Assembly (NCBI GenBank): GCA_018267385.1
Contig: JAFDYN010000009.1
Coordinates: forward strand, 225,959-289,958
Direction of reading: 5' to 3'
Source: Bacteroidota bacterium
Lineage (GTDB): Bacteria > Bacteroidota > Bacteroidia > Chitinophagales > LD1
Length of the DNA: 64,000 nucleotides
The notes under the pieces are model-generated. The model did not search any database, was not told the DNA's origin, and saw only the letters and a list, made by a program, of their open reading frames with translations. This document shows, piece after piece, positions 29,102 through 38,664 of this stretch (positions within the stretch are counted from its first letter, which is position 1; the number at the start of each line of letters is the position of its first letter). Both the position numbers and the translations under genes were made by a program.

Positions 29102-29638
29102 TTATACTTTGCTCAATTTTTCTACTTTGCCCGCGCGGCAGTCCTCTATCAGCGCGTCCATTTTCTCCTTGGTCAGAAACTCATGGTAAAAGTCTCCCAA
29201 CTGCAGCATTGGTGCATAGCCGCAGGCACCAAGGCACTCTACGCCCTTCACCTGAAACATGCCATCCGCAGTCACTTCATTCATGCCTACGCCGAGCTTC
29301 TGGCAGGTGTACTCCATCAGGTCCTCTACACCACGTGTAGCACAGCACGAGGTACGGCAAAACTCAAATACATACTTGCCCACCGGTTGCTGGTTATACA
29401 TGGAGTAGAAGGTCACTACTTCGTATACCTCGATAGGTTTGATGCCGAGTACTTCAGCCACCCTGTCCATTACCGGTACGCTGAGCCAGTCAGCATGCTC
29501 GTCCTGTACCTCGTGCAGCACAGTGATCAGTGCCGATTTCTTCTTTCCCTCCGGGAAATGAGACTTCAGCTCCTCTATGCGCTTCATCAGCTTCTCGCTG
29601 AATACTACCTGCTCCGGTTTTACTTCTGCTAATGCCAT
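29102..29638 (-). CDS. nuoE: NADH-quinone oxidoreductase subunit E
   Basis: 178 aa thioredoxin-like 2Fe-2S subunit (CRTSCC...CLGACGYAPM). Confidence 0.95.
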   Translation of the reverse strand: MALAEVKPEQVVFSEKLMKRIEELKSHFPEGKKKSALITVLHEVQDEHADWLSVPVMDRVAEVLGIKPIEVYEVVTFYSMYNQQPVGKYVFEFCRTSCCATRGVEDLMEYTCQKLGVGMNEVTADGMFQVKGVECLGACGYAPMLQLGDFYHEFLTKEKMDALIEDCRAGKVEKLSKV

Positions 29639-29653
29639 TTATTTCATCTTAAC

Positions 29654-29935
29654 TTATTGCAATAGTCTTGCACCATGATAGATACGAGCTATTTCTATGT
29701 TTTCGTTCGTTATCTGATAAATTATCCTATAATTTACTTCGATCAATTCTCTTAGGTTTTCATTATCAAATTCTGCTACTTTCTTTCCCGCTTTAGGCAT
29801 TTGCTTCAGTATCTCCACCCTTTCAATGATCTTATCCACTAGTCGCAATGCATATATTTCTGAGTCTTCACTGATATAGTCATATATGTCTTGCAAGTCC
29901 AGCTTTGCCACATTAGACCAAACTATTTCCGCCAT
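29654..29935 (-). CDS. Type II toxin, RelE/ParE family
   Basis: 93 aa. MAEIVWSNVAKLDLQDIYDYI...LRELIEVNYRIIYQITNENIEIARIYHGARL matches the ParE/RelE (plasmid stabilisation) pattern. AT-rich, and the start overlaps the upstream small ORF. Confidence 0.8.
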   Translation of the reverse strand: MAEIVWSNVAKLDLQDIYDYISEDSEIYALRLVDKIIERVEILKQMPKAGKKVAEFDNENLRELIEVNYRIIYQITNENIEIARIYHGARLLQ

Positions 29936-30102
29936 TGTTCCACCATCTTCTTGACTTCCTCATGACTAGAAGATTCTCCATTGCGCAATTGCTCCAACCC
30001 CTTCTCCACTTTGTCCATAAACACAAGACGCTCCATTAGCACTTCCAGCTCAAATTTCTCTGGCATCGATTTTATAGTTTCTATGGCTTTATCTCTTGTC
30101 AT
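29923..30102 (-). CDS. Putative cognate antitoxin (small addiction-module component)
   Basis: 59-aa ORF translated by hand and below the ORF-track cutoff: MTRDKAIETIKSMPEKFELEVLMERLVFMDKVEKGLEQLRNGESSSHEEVKKMVEQWRK. Its last 13 nt overlap the toxin start (ATGGCGGAAATAG). Position and size are typical of an antitoxin. Confidence 0.65.
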   Translation of the reverse strand: MTRDKAIETIKSMPEKFELEVLMERLVFMDKVEKGLEQLRNGESSSHEEVKKMVEQWRK

Positions 30103-30113
30103 AATATTTTGCT

Positions 30114-31355
30114 TTATGCATCCAGCTCCCCTGCTATCACATTCAGCGAACTCAGGATGAGGATCGCGTCAGAGAGATAGCCCCCTTTGATCATTTCTGT
30201 ATAATATTGATAATAGATGAAGCATGGCCTGCGGAAGTGCAGCCTGAATGGCACCCTGCTACCATCACTCACCAGGTAGAATCCCAGCTCACCATTGCCA
30301 CCCTCTACGCAGCTATACACCTCGCCCTTAGGCACCGGTATCTCGCCCATCACTATCTTGAAGTGATAGATCAGCGCTTCCATATTATTGTACACATCCT
30401 GCTTAGGTGGCAGGTAGTAGTCTGGTACATCTGCATGGTAGCCACCCTCCTTCGGCATCTTGGCGATAGCCTGGCGGATGATCTTCAGTGACTCGCGTAC
30501 CTCCTGCTGGCGTACCATATAGCGGTCATAAGTGTCACCGGTCTTACCTACAGGTATATTAAATTCGAAATCTTCGTAGCTGCAGTATGGCTGTGCCACA
30601 CGCACATCATAGTCCACACCCGCAGCACGCAGGTTAGGACCGGTAAAGCCGTACTGAAGGGCCTTCTCTACACTCAGCGGGCCTACATTGAGGCAGCGGT
30701 TCATAAATATTGTATTCCTGGTGAGCAGGCGGTCAAACTCCTCCCACGCATCAGGAAACTCTGCCATGAACTTGTGAATCTTGGCCCATGCTGCATCACT
30801 CCAGTCACGCTCAAAGCCACCTATGCGGCCCATATTAGTAGTCAGGCGCGCGCCGGATATCTCTTCAAATATCTCATAGATATGCTCCCTGTAGGTGAAG
30901 ATGTGGAGGAAGCCTGTAAAGGCACCAGAGTCCACACCCAGGATCGAGTTGCAGATCAGGTGGTCGGCTATACGGCTCAGCTCCATCACTATCACGCGCA
31001 TATACTGTACGCGCTTCGGTATCTCTATATTCAGCAGCTTCTCTACGGTCAGCCACCAGCCCATGTTATTGATCGGTGAGCTGCAATAGTTCATCCGGTC
31101 AGTGAGCGGTGTGATCTGGTAGAAAGGCCTGTTCTCAGCTATTTTCTCAAAGGCGCGGTGGATATAGCCCACGGTAGACTCCGCGTCTACTATGCGCTCG
31201 CCATCCATCAGCAGTACATTCTGGAAGATACCGTGTGTAGCGGGGTGTGTCGGGCCGAGGTTGAGGATCGAGAGCTCGCTGCCGTCCTCATTCTCACGCA
31301 CCCGTATCTCATCGTAGTAGCGGTCTTCTATCTTTTTAGTCAGTGGCTGGCTCAT
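30114..31355 (-). CDS. nuoD: NADH-quinone oxidoreductase subunit D
   Basis: 413 aa, 49-kDa subunit family ([12 protein letters not shown], ...[12 protein letters not shown]-terminus). Confidence 0.97.
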   Translation of the reverse strand: MSQPLTKKIEDRYYDEIRVRENEDGSELSILNLGPTHPATHGIFQNVLLMDGERIVDAESTVGYIHRAFEKIAENRPFYQITPLTDRMNYCSSPINNMGWWLTVEKLLNIEIPKRVQYMRVIVMELSRIADHLICNSILGVDSGAFTGFLHIFTYREHIYEIFEEISGARLTTNMGRIGGFERDWSDAAWAKIHKFMAEFPDAWEEFDRLLTRNTIFMNRCLNVGPLSVEKALQYGFTGPNLRAAGVDYDVRVAQPYCSYEDFEFNIPVGKTGDTYDRYMVRQQEVRESLKIIRQAIAKMPKEGGYHADVPDYYLPPKQDVYNNMEALIYHFKIVMGEIPVPKGEVYSCVEGGNGELGFYLVSDGSRVPFRLHFRRPCFIYYQYYTEMIKGGYLSDAILILSSLNVIAGELDA

Positions 31356-31888
31356 CTTAGCTCGTTGTTGGGTACATTATTGGTCTGCGGCACTCTGCCA
31401 AAATATCTGTCATCCTTGTCCGTCCGGCCCGGATCCTCCATAGGAAATTCCTTGCGCATAGGGAAAGATTCCATTTCATCCATATTCAGGATGCGACGCA
31501 AATCAGGGTGCCCCTTAAACTCTATGCCGTAGAAGTCATAAGTCTCACGCTCCTGCCAGTTGGCAGAGGCATAGAGGTCAGACATGGTATCTATGGCTAC
31601 ATTATCAGCAGGCAGGTATGCCTTGATACGAAGGCGTACATTCTCTATCCAGTTGTGTATGTGATAAACCACTCCAAACTGCTGCTCAGGAGCGCTGTCA
31701 GCATAGTGCATGCCGCAGAGAGTCGTCAGGAAGTTGAACCCCAGCTCATCCCTCAGGTACTTCACCAGGTCGTGGGCCTTAGCCCTGTCTATGATCACAG
31801 CCGGCAGGTCCAGAGAGTCCTCATCCACGCGGATCGCCTCTCCATATCTGGCTGTCAGCTTCTCTATCAATTCTTCTTTGGTCAGCAT
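31352..31888 (-). CDS. nuoC: NADH-quinone oxidoreductase subunit C
   Basis: 178 aa, 30-kDa subunit family (ANWQERETYDFYGIEFKGHPDLRRIL). Overlaps nuoD by 4 nt. Confidence 0.95.
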   Translation of the reverse strand: MLTKEELIEKLTARYGEAIRVDEDSLDLPAVIIDRAKAHDLVKYLRDELGFNFLTTLCGMHYADSAPEQQFGVVYHIHNWIENVRLRIKAYLPADNVAIDTMSDLYASANWQERETYDFYGIEFKGHPDLRRILNMDEMESFPMRKEFPMEDPGRTDKDDRYFGRVPQTNNVPNNELR

Positions 31889-31972
31889 CTTTAGTTTTGT
31901 AGTATGAGGGCAGTTCGTTTGCCTTTCATTTTCAAATCTACCTTTCGGTAGTCAGGTCAGCACATTTTCAAA

Positions 31973-32554
31973 TTAGTTCACAGTGATCCCGTAGCTGGCC
32001 AGCAGCGCCTTATACTCAGGAGTATTGCGGCGGCGCAGGGACTCATTTTTCACGAGATCTTGCAGCTTCATGATACCATCTATGATCTGCTCAGGGCGCG
32101 GCGGGCAGCCCGGCACATATACGTCCACGGGTATGATCTTGTCTATCCCCTGCAGCACCGAGTAGGTATCAAATATACCGCCCGAGCAGGCGCAGGCGCC
32201 TACTGAGATCACCCAGCGTGGCTCGGCCATCTGCTCATACACCTGGCGCAGTACCGGTCCCAGTTTCTTAGAGATCGTACCCATCACCATCAGCATATCT
32301 GCCTGGCGTGGGGAGAAGCTAGGCCGCTCTGAGCCAAAGCGGGCGAGGTCATACGTAGAGGCCATCGTAGCCATAAACTCGATACCGCAGCATGATGTGG
32401 CAAATGGGAGTGGCCACAGCGACTTAGAGCGCGCCAGGCCTACTACCTGATCCAGGCTGGTGGCGAAGAAGCCAGGGCCTTCTACTCCCGCAGGACCGGC
32501 CACCATCTTCACTCCGCTGTGGTTGCTTACATTATTATCTATTACTTCTGACAT
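31973..32554 (-). CDS. nuoB: NADH-quinone oxidoreductase subunit B
   Basis: 193 aa. N2-cluster ligands [15 protein letters not shown] and PGCPP. Confidence 0.97.
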   Translation of the reverse strand: MSEVIDNNVSNHSGVKMVAGPAGVEGPGFFATSLDQVVGLARSKSLWPLPFATSCCGIEFMATMASTYDLARFGSERPSFSPRQADMLMVMGTISKKLGPVLRQVYEQMAEPRWVISVGACACSGGIFDTYSVLQGIDKIIPVDVYVPGCPPRPEQIIDGIMKLQDLVKNESLRRRNTPEYKALLASYGITVN

Positions 32555-32620
32555 GGTCGTTTCAGTATTTTATGTTGGCAATGCTGTCATGCTATTTAGA
32601 CGGTCCGCCTTGCCACTGGC

Positions 32621-32986
32621 TTACTCCCACTCGAGAGCTCCTTTTTTGATGATATAAAAGAAGCCCACCAGCAGCAGCCCCATAAACAACAACATTTTGT
32701 ACAGCCCTATGATGCCCAGTGCTTTAAAGTTGACGGCCCACGGGTAGAGGAAGATCACCTCCACGTCAAACAATACAAACAGGATCGCTACCAGAAAGTA
32801 CTTGACCGAAAAGGGGATACGGGCATTGCCGTAAGACTTGATACCGCACTCAAAGTTCTCATCCTTGATCTGCGATTTGCGCTTCGGCCCTACCAGATGA
32901 GACAGACCGAGCATCGTGGCTACGAAACCCGCCGCAAACACTGCCTGAATGATGATAGGGATATAACTGGACTGTGGAGTCTCCAT
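32621..32986 (-). CDS. nuoA: NADH-quinone oxidoreductase subunit A
   Basis: ND3 family (FECGI...FLVAILFVLFDVEVIFLYPWA). I prefer the ATG at 32986 (METPQSSY...) over the TTG track start at 33013. Confidence 0.93.
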   Translation of the reverse strand: METPQSSYIPIIIQAVFAAGFVATMLGLSHLVGPKRKSQIKDENFECGIKSYGNARIPFSVKYFLVAILFVLFDVEVIFLYPWAVNFKALGIIGLYKMLLFMGLLLVGFFYIIKKGALEWE

Positions 32987-33227
32987 GCTTGACGTTGGTT
33001 TAAAACAGAACAAAAGCGCCTCGCTCCTGCCTTTTTGTCTTTTATAACAGGCAACAAAAATAAGATACGGGCACTATTATCCAATCATTTTATCAACAAA
33101 ACGAATACTAACTGTCAGAACCTATACATAATGACAAAAGTCCCTACTTGTACTCGCATTTCAGTTCTATATTCGTCGCGGTTTTCCTTTTTACCCTTCC
33201 CGCGAGGGAAGCATTTTAACAATCCAT

Positions 33228-34637
33228 ATGCCTCAAACCAATCCCTCTCTGCAGATAGCCATCATCGGCGCTGGCTTTAGCGGTATGATGACCGCCGTGC
33301 AGTTGATCCGCAAAACAACGGCCCCTTTGTCGCTTTACCTCATCAATGACAAATATGAGTTTGGCAAAGGCCCGGCCTATAGCACTACGCACCCTAAGCA
33401 CATCCTCAATGTGCCCGCAGCCAAGATGACCGCCTATCCGGACCAGCCCGATCACTTTCTGGACTGGGCCCACAGGCAGGAAGCCTATAGCGAAATGGAC
33501 AAGGAGGTGCTGGGTAAGGTATTCCTCCCCCGCCGCGACTACGGCCGCTACCTCTCCGAGGTATGGGCTGAGGTACTGGCTGCAAAGCGACCGGACACCG
33601 CCGTACAAATCATACAGGACAAAGCCGTAGATATCACCACCGAGGAGGGACAAAACAAGATCGAGCTGGCCTCCGGCCAAACCATCACTGCCGACTATGT
33701 GGTCCTGGCCACGGGCAATGAACCTCCCAGAAACCTGCCCGTTTCAGATCCTGCGCTTTACGATGATCCAAACTACATTGGCGACCCCTGGAATAACAAG
33801 GCAGTAGAAAACCTCGACCCCGACCGCGATATCCTGATCATAGGCAATGGCCTGACCATGGTGGATATCGTGATCGGAATCATGGACACCGGCTACCGGG
33901 GTGTCATACATACTTTATCGCCTGATGGGTTGGCTATACTGCCTCACAGGTACGGCTACATCGGCTACGGCAAGCTGGCTGCGGAGATTAAAGCTCCATA
34001 CAAACTAAATGGGCTTTATACACTGATAAACAAACATATAAAGGTCTTCAAAAAATCAGGACTTTCGCCCGAACCTGTCATTGACTCGCTGCGTCCCCAT
34101 ACGCAAAAGATCTGGCAGGGACTCAGCCCGGAGGATAAGCAGCGCTTCCTGAAATACCTGATGCCACACTGGAATAAGATCCGCCACCGTATGCCCGGCC
34201 ACATGTATGACTACCTGATGCAACGGCAAATAGCCGGCGGTATGGTAGTGCACCGCGGCCGTCTGCTCAATATGACACAAACCTCCGGCGGCCTCTCTGC
34301 CGAGATACTGGAGACCAATAGCGACAACCCTATCAAGCTCGACGTGAGCCGCATCATCAACTGTATCGGTCCCAATACTTATGTCTCTCAATCACTGAAT
34401 CCGCTGCTCCAGAAACTCGTCTCCAAGGGAATGCTCCAGGCGGACCCGCTCCACATAGGTATGCTGGTCACAGACCACTGGACACTGGTCGGTGCTGATG
34501 GCCGCGAGATCCCATCACTCTATACCATAGGCGGCAACCTCCGCGGCCTGCTCTGGGAGACCACGGCCGTGCCAGAGCTGCGGGGACAGGCAGAGACGCT
34601 GGCCGGCGAAATACTCTCTAAAGCAGCGAAAGTCTGA
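33228..34637 (+). CDS. FAD/NAD(P)-binding oxidoreductase (FAD-NAD(P)-binding domain family)
   Basis: 469 aa. N-terminal dinucleotide fold IAIIGAGFSGMMTA and a second Rossmann-like ILIIGNGLTMVD. Substrate unknown. Confidence 0.75.
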   Translation: MPQTNPSLQIAIIGAGFSGMMTAVQLIRKTTAPLSLYLINDKYEFGKGPAYSTTHPKHILNVPAAKMTAYPDQPDHFLDWAHRQEAYSEMDKEVLGKVFLPRRDYGRYLSEVWAEVLAAKRPDTAVQIIQDKAVDITTEEGQNKIELASGQTITADYVVLATGNEPPRNLPVSDPALYDDPNYIGDPWNNKAVENLDPDRDILIIGNGLTMVDIVIGIMDTGYRGVIHTLSPDGLAILPHRYGYIGYGKLAAEIKAPYKLNGLYTLINKHIKVFKKSGLSPEPVIDSLRPHTQKIWQGLSPEDKQRFLKYLMPHWNKIRHRMPGHMYDYLMQRQIAGGMVVHRGRLLNMTQTSGGLSAEILETNSDNPIKLDVSRIINCIGPNTYVSQSLNPLLQKLVSKGMLQADPLHIGMLVTDHWTLVGADGREIPSLYTIGGNLRGLLWETTAVPELRGQAETLAGEILSKAAKV

Positions 34638-34674
34638 GGGATTCCCTTTATTTGCAGCAAAGCGCTGAGAGTAG

Positions 34675-35649
34675 ATGAGTTTATACTATAGGATAACTGC
34701 AAAGATCAGGAGGACCTGGCTTTCAGCCGCTATCGTTGCACATAATTCATACAACAAAGCCTTTGGGCTATCTCACCTCCGCAGGGCGATAGTGACATGC
34801 AGTGTACCTACTGGTTTTGAGAGCTACAATGCGGCTGAGACGAGACAGATCGAGGTGCAGCCGTCCGACCGCGATCTGAGCCAGGTCATTCTGGGCTGTT
34901 ATTTTATCCATCAGGCGGACCCTATCAAAGGAGTCACCCGGAGAAAACCGGACATTGCCTATATAGCTCCCTGGTATGATAGCGTTACCAAACTTGGATT
35001 GACCGGCATCATCATACATGACGGACTGGATGAGGAATTTATAGCGCGGTATACTACAGCTCACATTTCATTCAGACGGTACCGCGGTGGCCGCTATTCC
35101 ATATTTGAGGAACGTTGGTTTGCCTACTATCTCTGGCTGACCCAGACCAGTATACAGCGCGCTTTCATAGCTGATATGAACGATGTATATATCACGCGAG
35201 ACCCCTTTGCACTTCGCCATGAAGAGCTGACACTATATGTAGGCCGTGACCTCGCCAATAAGATAAAGGATTCCGGATGGCTACTGGCCGAGCAGGAGCA
35301 GTACTGCCATGATGCCGGCTATCGGGTACCCGTCCTTTACTCTTATCAATATGTATATAATGCAGGCGTGGTAGGCGGCTCGAGGCAGGTACTGCTGCTA
35401 CTCATGATCTATATGATCAGGCAAACGATGCAGACCATGACTGCCGCTCACAAGGATATGACGCTTCTCAACCTGTTCATTTATGAATATTTCTTCCCTT
35501 ATATTGACACCAGCCTGGATCGGCCACGACTCGCTACCCCAGAGGATGACCGGCGGGCGGCGCATCGCTACCTGGTGACCGGCTATCCATTCAATAGTGA
35601 CTTTCAAAAGTTTCAACTCGACTCTGATGCCTGTTTCATCCACAAATAA
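34675..35649 (+). CDS. Hypothetical protein, possible GT-A nucleotide-diphospho-sugar transferase
   Basis: 324 aa. ERWFAYYLWL...AFIADMNDVYITRDPF resembles the DxD-containing core (..DvDvvw.rnPf) of nucleotide-diphospho-sugar transferase (GT77-like) families. It lies 10 nt upstream of a GT2 gene. Tentative. Confidence 0.4.
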   Translation: MSLYYRITAKIRRTWLSAAIVAHNSYNKAFGLSHLRRAIVTCSVPTGFESYNAAETRQIEVQPSDRDLSQVILGCYFIHQADPIKGVTRRKPDIAYIAPWYDSVTKLGLTGIIIHDGLDEEFIARYTTAHISFRRYRGGRYSIFEERWFAYYLWLTQTSIQRAFIADMNDVYITRDPFALRHEELTLYVGRDLANKIKDSGWLLAEQEQYCHDAGYRVPVLYSYQYVYNAGVVGGSRQVLLLLMIYMIRQTMQTMTAAHKDMTLLNLFIYEYFFPYIDTSLDRPRLATPEDDRRAAHRYLVTGYPFNSDFQKFQLDSDACFIHK

Positions 35650-35659
35650 TCTTCCCACT

Positions 35660-36466
35660 ATGAATGATACACCACTGGTGAGTGTGATCATACCGTGCTA
35701 CAATGCAGGCAAGCTGCTGGAGGTGGCCATCGCCTCTCTCCGGAAACAAAGCTATCCTAACTATGAAGTCATCATAGTGGATGATGGCAGTAATGATACA
35801 TTTACGCTGGAGTACCTCAGAGAATTATCAGACTGGGCTACGGTCATCTATCAGGAGAATGCAGGCCCATGCGTGGCAAGGCACAATGGCATACTCCGTT
35901 CTGCCGGCCAGTATCTTTTCTTTCTGGATAGTGACAATAAGGTAAGAGACACATATATCTCAAAGGGCGTAGCGGCAATGGAGCTGGATAGCACGGTAGG
36001 CGTCGTGTATGCTGATTTTCAGTATTGCGGAGCTATGAGCCATATCCGCAGAAGTGGGGAGTTTGATATAGAACAACTGGTCATTATAAACATGATAGAC
36101 ATCTGCAGTGTGGTACGCCGCACAGCATATGATGATGTCGGCGGTTTTGATATGTATCTCAGCCGCCTGGGCCTGGAGGATTGGGAGATATGGTTCACCT
36201 TTTATGAAAAGGGATGGAAGTTTCACTATCTGCCAGAGCCACTGTTCGATTACCGGGTGCATGACGTTTCCCGCACGCAGACCGTGGCCAATAAGAACCT
36301 CGATACGATCATCCCTTATGTACACCGCAAGCACATAGAGACTGTGGCCAAATGCTACACCAGCCTCTACTACCAGAGAAATCAGCTACAAACCTCCCTC
36401 AACACCAGGATAGGCGACGCTATCCTTACTCCTTACAGGTTGTTGAAAAAGCTATTTAAAGGATAG
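35660..36466 (+). CDS. Family 2 glycosyltransferase
   Basis: Starts at ATG 35660 (MNDTPLVSVIIPCYNAGKLL...VIIVDDGSND...FLDSDN), the classic GT2 N-terminal signature. The track start at 35597 overlaps the upstream gene. Confidence 0.9.
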   Translation: MNDTPLVSVIIPCYNAGKLLEVAIASLRKQSYPNYEVIIVDDGSNDTFTLEYLRELSDWATVIYQENAGPCVARHNGILRSAGQYLFFLDSDNKVRDTYISKGVAAMELDSTVGVVYADFQYCGAMSHIRRSGEFDIEQLVIINMIDICSVVRRTAYDDVGGFDMYLSRLGLEDWEIWFTFYEKGWKFHYLPEPLFDYRVHDVSRTQTVANKNLDTIIPYVHRKHIETVAKCYTSLYYQRNQLQTSLNTRIGDAILTPYRLLKKLFKG

Positions 36467-36469
36467 GGG

Positions 36470-37405
36470 CTACCTTGATACTGGCACACCTCCCCTGGTA
36501 GGTACCACCTCTCTGATAGTGCCATCAGTATTGTAGAATAGAGAGCCTACACACATAGAGCGGCTGTAGTATCTTTTCAGACTTAGCCTGCCACCCTTAT
36601 GCGCGTTGATATACTTATCTGAAGTATGATAGAAAAGATACCACTGCCCCTTATACTCCGTGATAGAGGCATGATTGGTCACGCTGTTCACCTTGCCCAG
36701 CACCACACCTTTGTAGCTGAAGGGTCCGTAAGGGCTATCACCCATGCCATAGAGTATCTTCCCTTTGCCCGAGTAAGAGATATAATACTTGCCATGATAC
36801 TTATGCATCCACACAGCCTCAAAGAAATGATCCACGCCTCTCACCTGCCGCGCCGTATCTGAAAATGAGATCATGTCCTCATTCAGCCTGACGATATTAA
36901 CCTCATTCTGCCCAAAGATGAGATACGCCGTGCCATCGTCATCTGTGAAAACACAGGGATCTATCAGCGACCTGCTCTCCACCACACCCGGCGTCTGCCG
37001 CGTCACCAGCGCTCGGCCCAGCGGATCATGAAACGGTCCATACGGCCTGTCAGCCACCGCCACACCTATCGCATCCCTATCTACCGGATAGTAGAAATAA
37101 TACTTGCCATTTCTGTATGCGCAGTCAGGCGCCCAGGCATATTTTCTGGTCCACGGCAAACTATCCAGACTCAGCGCCACGCCATGATCGGTCCACGTCT
37201 GCATATCAGTGGTAGACAGCACATGCCAGTCCCGCATGTCAAACCAGCGCGAGCCTTCTATATCATGAGAGGGATAGATGTACAGCGTATCATTGAAAAC
37301 ACGTGCCGATGGGTCTGCGGCATAGATATCCGTAGCGATCGGATGCTGACTATAGCAGTATGGCACCGCCATTAATACTGATACTATGATAAGTAGAGAT
37401 CGCAA
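36470..37405 (-). CDS. Glycoside hydrolase family 43 (beta-xylosidase / alpha-L-arabinofuranosidase-like)
   Basis: 311 aa with a signal peptide. DIYAADPSARVF, WAPDCAY and five-bladed-propeller type motifs. Confidence 0.85.
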   Translation of the reverse strand: MRSLLIIVSVLMAVPYCYSQHPIATDIYAADPSARVFNDTLYIYPSHDIEGSRWFDMRDWHVLSTTDMQTWTDHGVALSLDSLPWTRKYAWAPDCAYRNGKYYFYYPVDRDAIGVAVADRPYGPFHDPLGRALVTRQTPGVVESRSLIDPCVFTDDDGTAYLIFGQNEVNIVRLNEDMISFSDTARQVRGVDHFFEAVWMHKYHGKYYISYSGKGKILYGMGDSPYGPFSYKGVVLGKVNSVTNHASITEYKGQWYLFYHTSDKYINAHKGGRLSLKRYYSRSMCVGSLFYNTDGTIREVVPTRGGVPVSR

Positions 37406-37460
37406 AGAGACTATTAATGTTTGCTTGTAAGATACTTATTACAGGATTTCCCCGAACGAA

Positions 37461-38279
37461 TTATTGTCCATGCAGTTCGATGGTTCTTCCCTTGTTATTG
37501 GCAAACTCCTGCTTCAGATCAAGCGATGTAATATTCCTGTTATCCAGTTTATACACCAGCTTAAATTTCATATCTGATATATCTATGAAGGTCGAGTACA
37601 ACGTTCCTACGTCTTTACCTTTTGCATCTTTGGCAGGTACTTGTACCGCCCTGGCAGCGATGTTGCCCACTTGTTTTAGCCCTACAGAGTCGGAGCTTTC
37701 TTTCAACCTGATAGCTTCTGCCTCCATCGCACTATATCTCGGGCAGGGATAGCCGCCTTTGCCAGTGTCCGTCAGCAGAAAGTTAATAGCCAGCAGCAGG
37801 CCATTCTTTATGCTGATTATCTTTTGCTCTTTATCTACCCACTCCACCACCACCGCGTGGCCGTATTTATCTCCGAACATCAGGTGCCCATTCGTCAGCG
37901 CCACCTTTTTCTTCTCCAGATAGGCCACTGCCTCTTCTACATTCTTGCATTGAGCCAGTATCTCATCCCCCAGATTGCCCTTGGGCTTGTGATAGCCCGG
38001 CACTTCCGGCTCATCAGGAGTCGTAGCCCCGTCAAAGAAAAGCCCCTCCGCATTGATCCCACCCTGCGCGAAATCCTTCCACCCATACCACAGCCGCGCA
38101 TAGCTGTTTTGTCCAGCCGGCTCGATCCGTATATATGGCTTCACATTCAGAAAGTAGTCCTCATTGTTCGCCACGTAGATCTTTCCAGTCGCACTATCTA
38201 TATAGTAAACTATCGAGCAAGCCTGCAGCCTGCCCATTAATACCAATATCATCCAGCCCAACACTAACAGCTTTTTCAT
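37461..38279 (-). CDS. Secreted Ntn-hydrolase (C45/C59 linear-amide C-N hydrolase family)
   Basis: Starts at ATG 38279 (MKKLLVLGWMILVLMGRLQA|CSIVYY). The Cys right after the signal peptide, followed by ANNEDY, fits an N-terminal nucleophile hydrolase. Confidence 0.6.
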   Translation of the reverse strand: MKKLLVLGWMILVLMGRLQACSIVYYIDSATGKIYVANNEDYFLNVKPYIRIEPAGQNSYARLWYGWKDFAQGGINAEGLFFDGATTPDEPEVPGYHKPKGNLGDEILAQCKNVEEAVAYLEKKKVALTNGHLMFGDKYGHAVVVEWVDKEQKIISIKNGLLLAINFLLTDTGKGGYPCPRYSAMEAEAIRLKESSDSVGLKQVGNIAARAVQVPAKDAKGKDVGTLYSTFIDISDMKFKLVYKLDNRNITSLDLKQEFANNKGRTIELHGQ

Positions 38280-38664
38280 ACCTGAATATAAAGAATAGCT
38301 ATAACGTCCCAATCTCAAAACCAATGTATCAAAGCTTACAATCAAACCAATTGTCAATTTAATCAAAATAACATATAACTAACAATCAATTACCTAGAAA
38401 CCATTCTCTGGTTCAAAATCAATTCCGGTGATCCTCCCCGCTCAGTCGAAAAACTTGCGCCGGCGGGAAAAGCCGTCCAGTCGAAAAACGACTCCCACTG
38501 CCATCCTGTCTTCTAATTTGTACATCTACCTGACAGGATAATACCGCCTATAGTCGGAAAACTTCGCATACCTGCCATCATGGCGGGGATTTTGCCGTGG
38601 CATAGTCATTGAGTAAAGGGAAGAGACCTTTAAAATTTAAACAACAAACCAAAATACAACAGCA

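Noticed and set aside
33216-33680. 154-aa minus-strand ORF overlapping the start of the FAD-binding gene
   Set aside because: It is antisense to a CDS with a clear dinucleotide-binding motif and has no features of its own.
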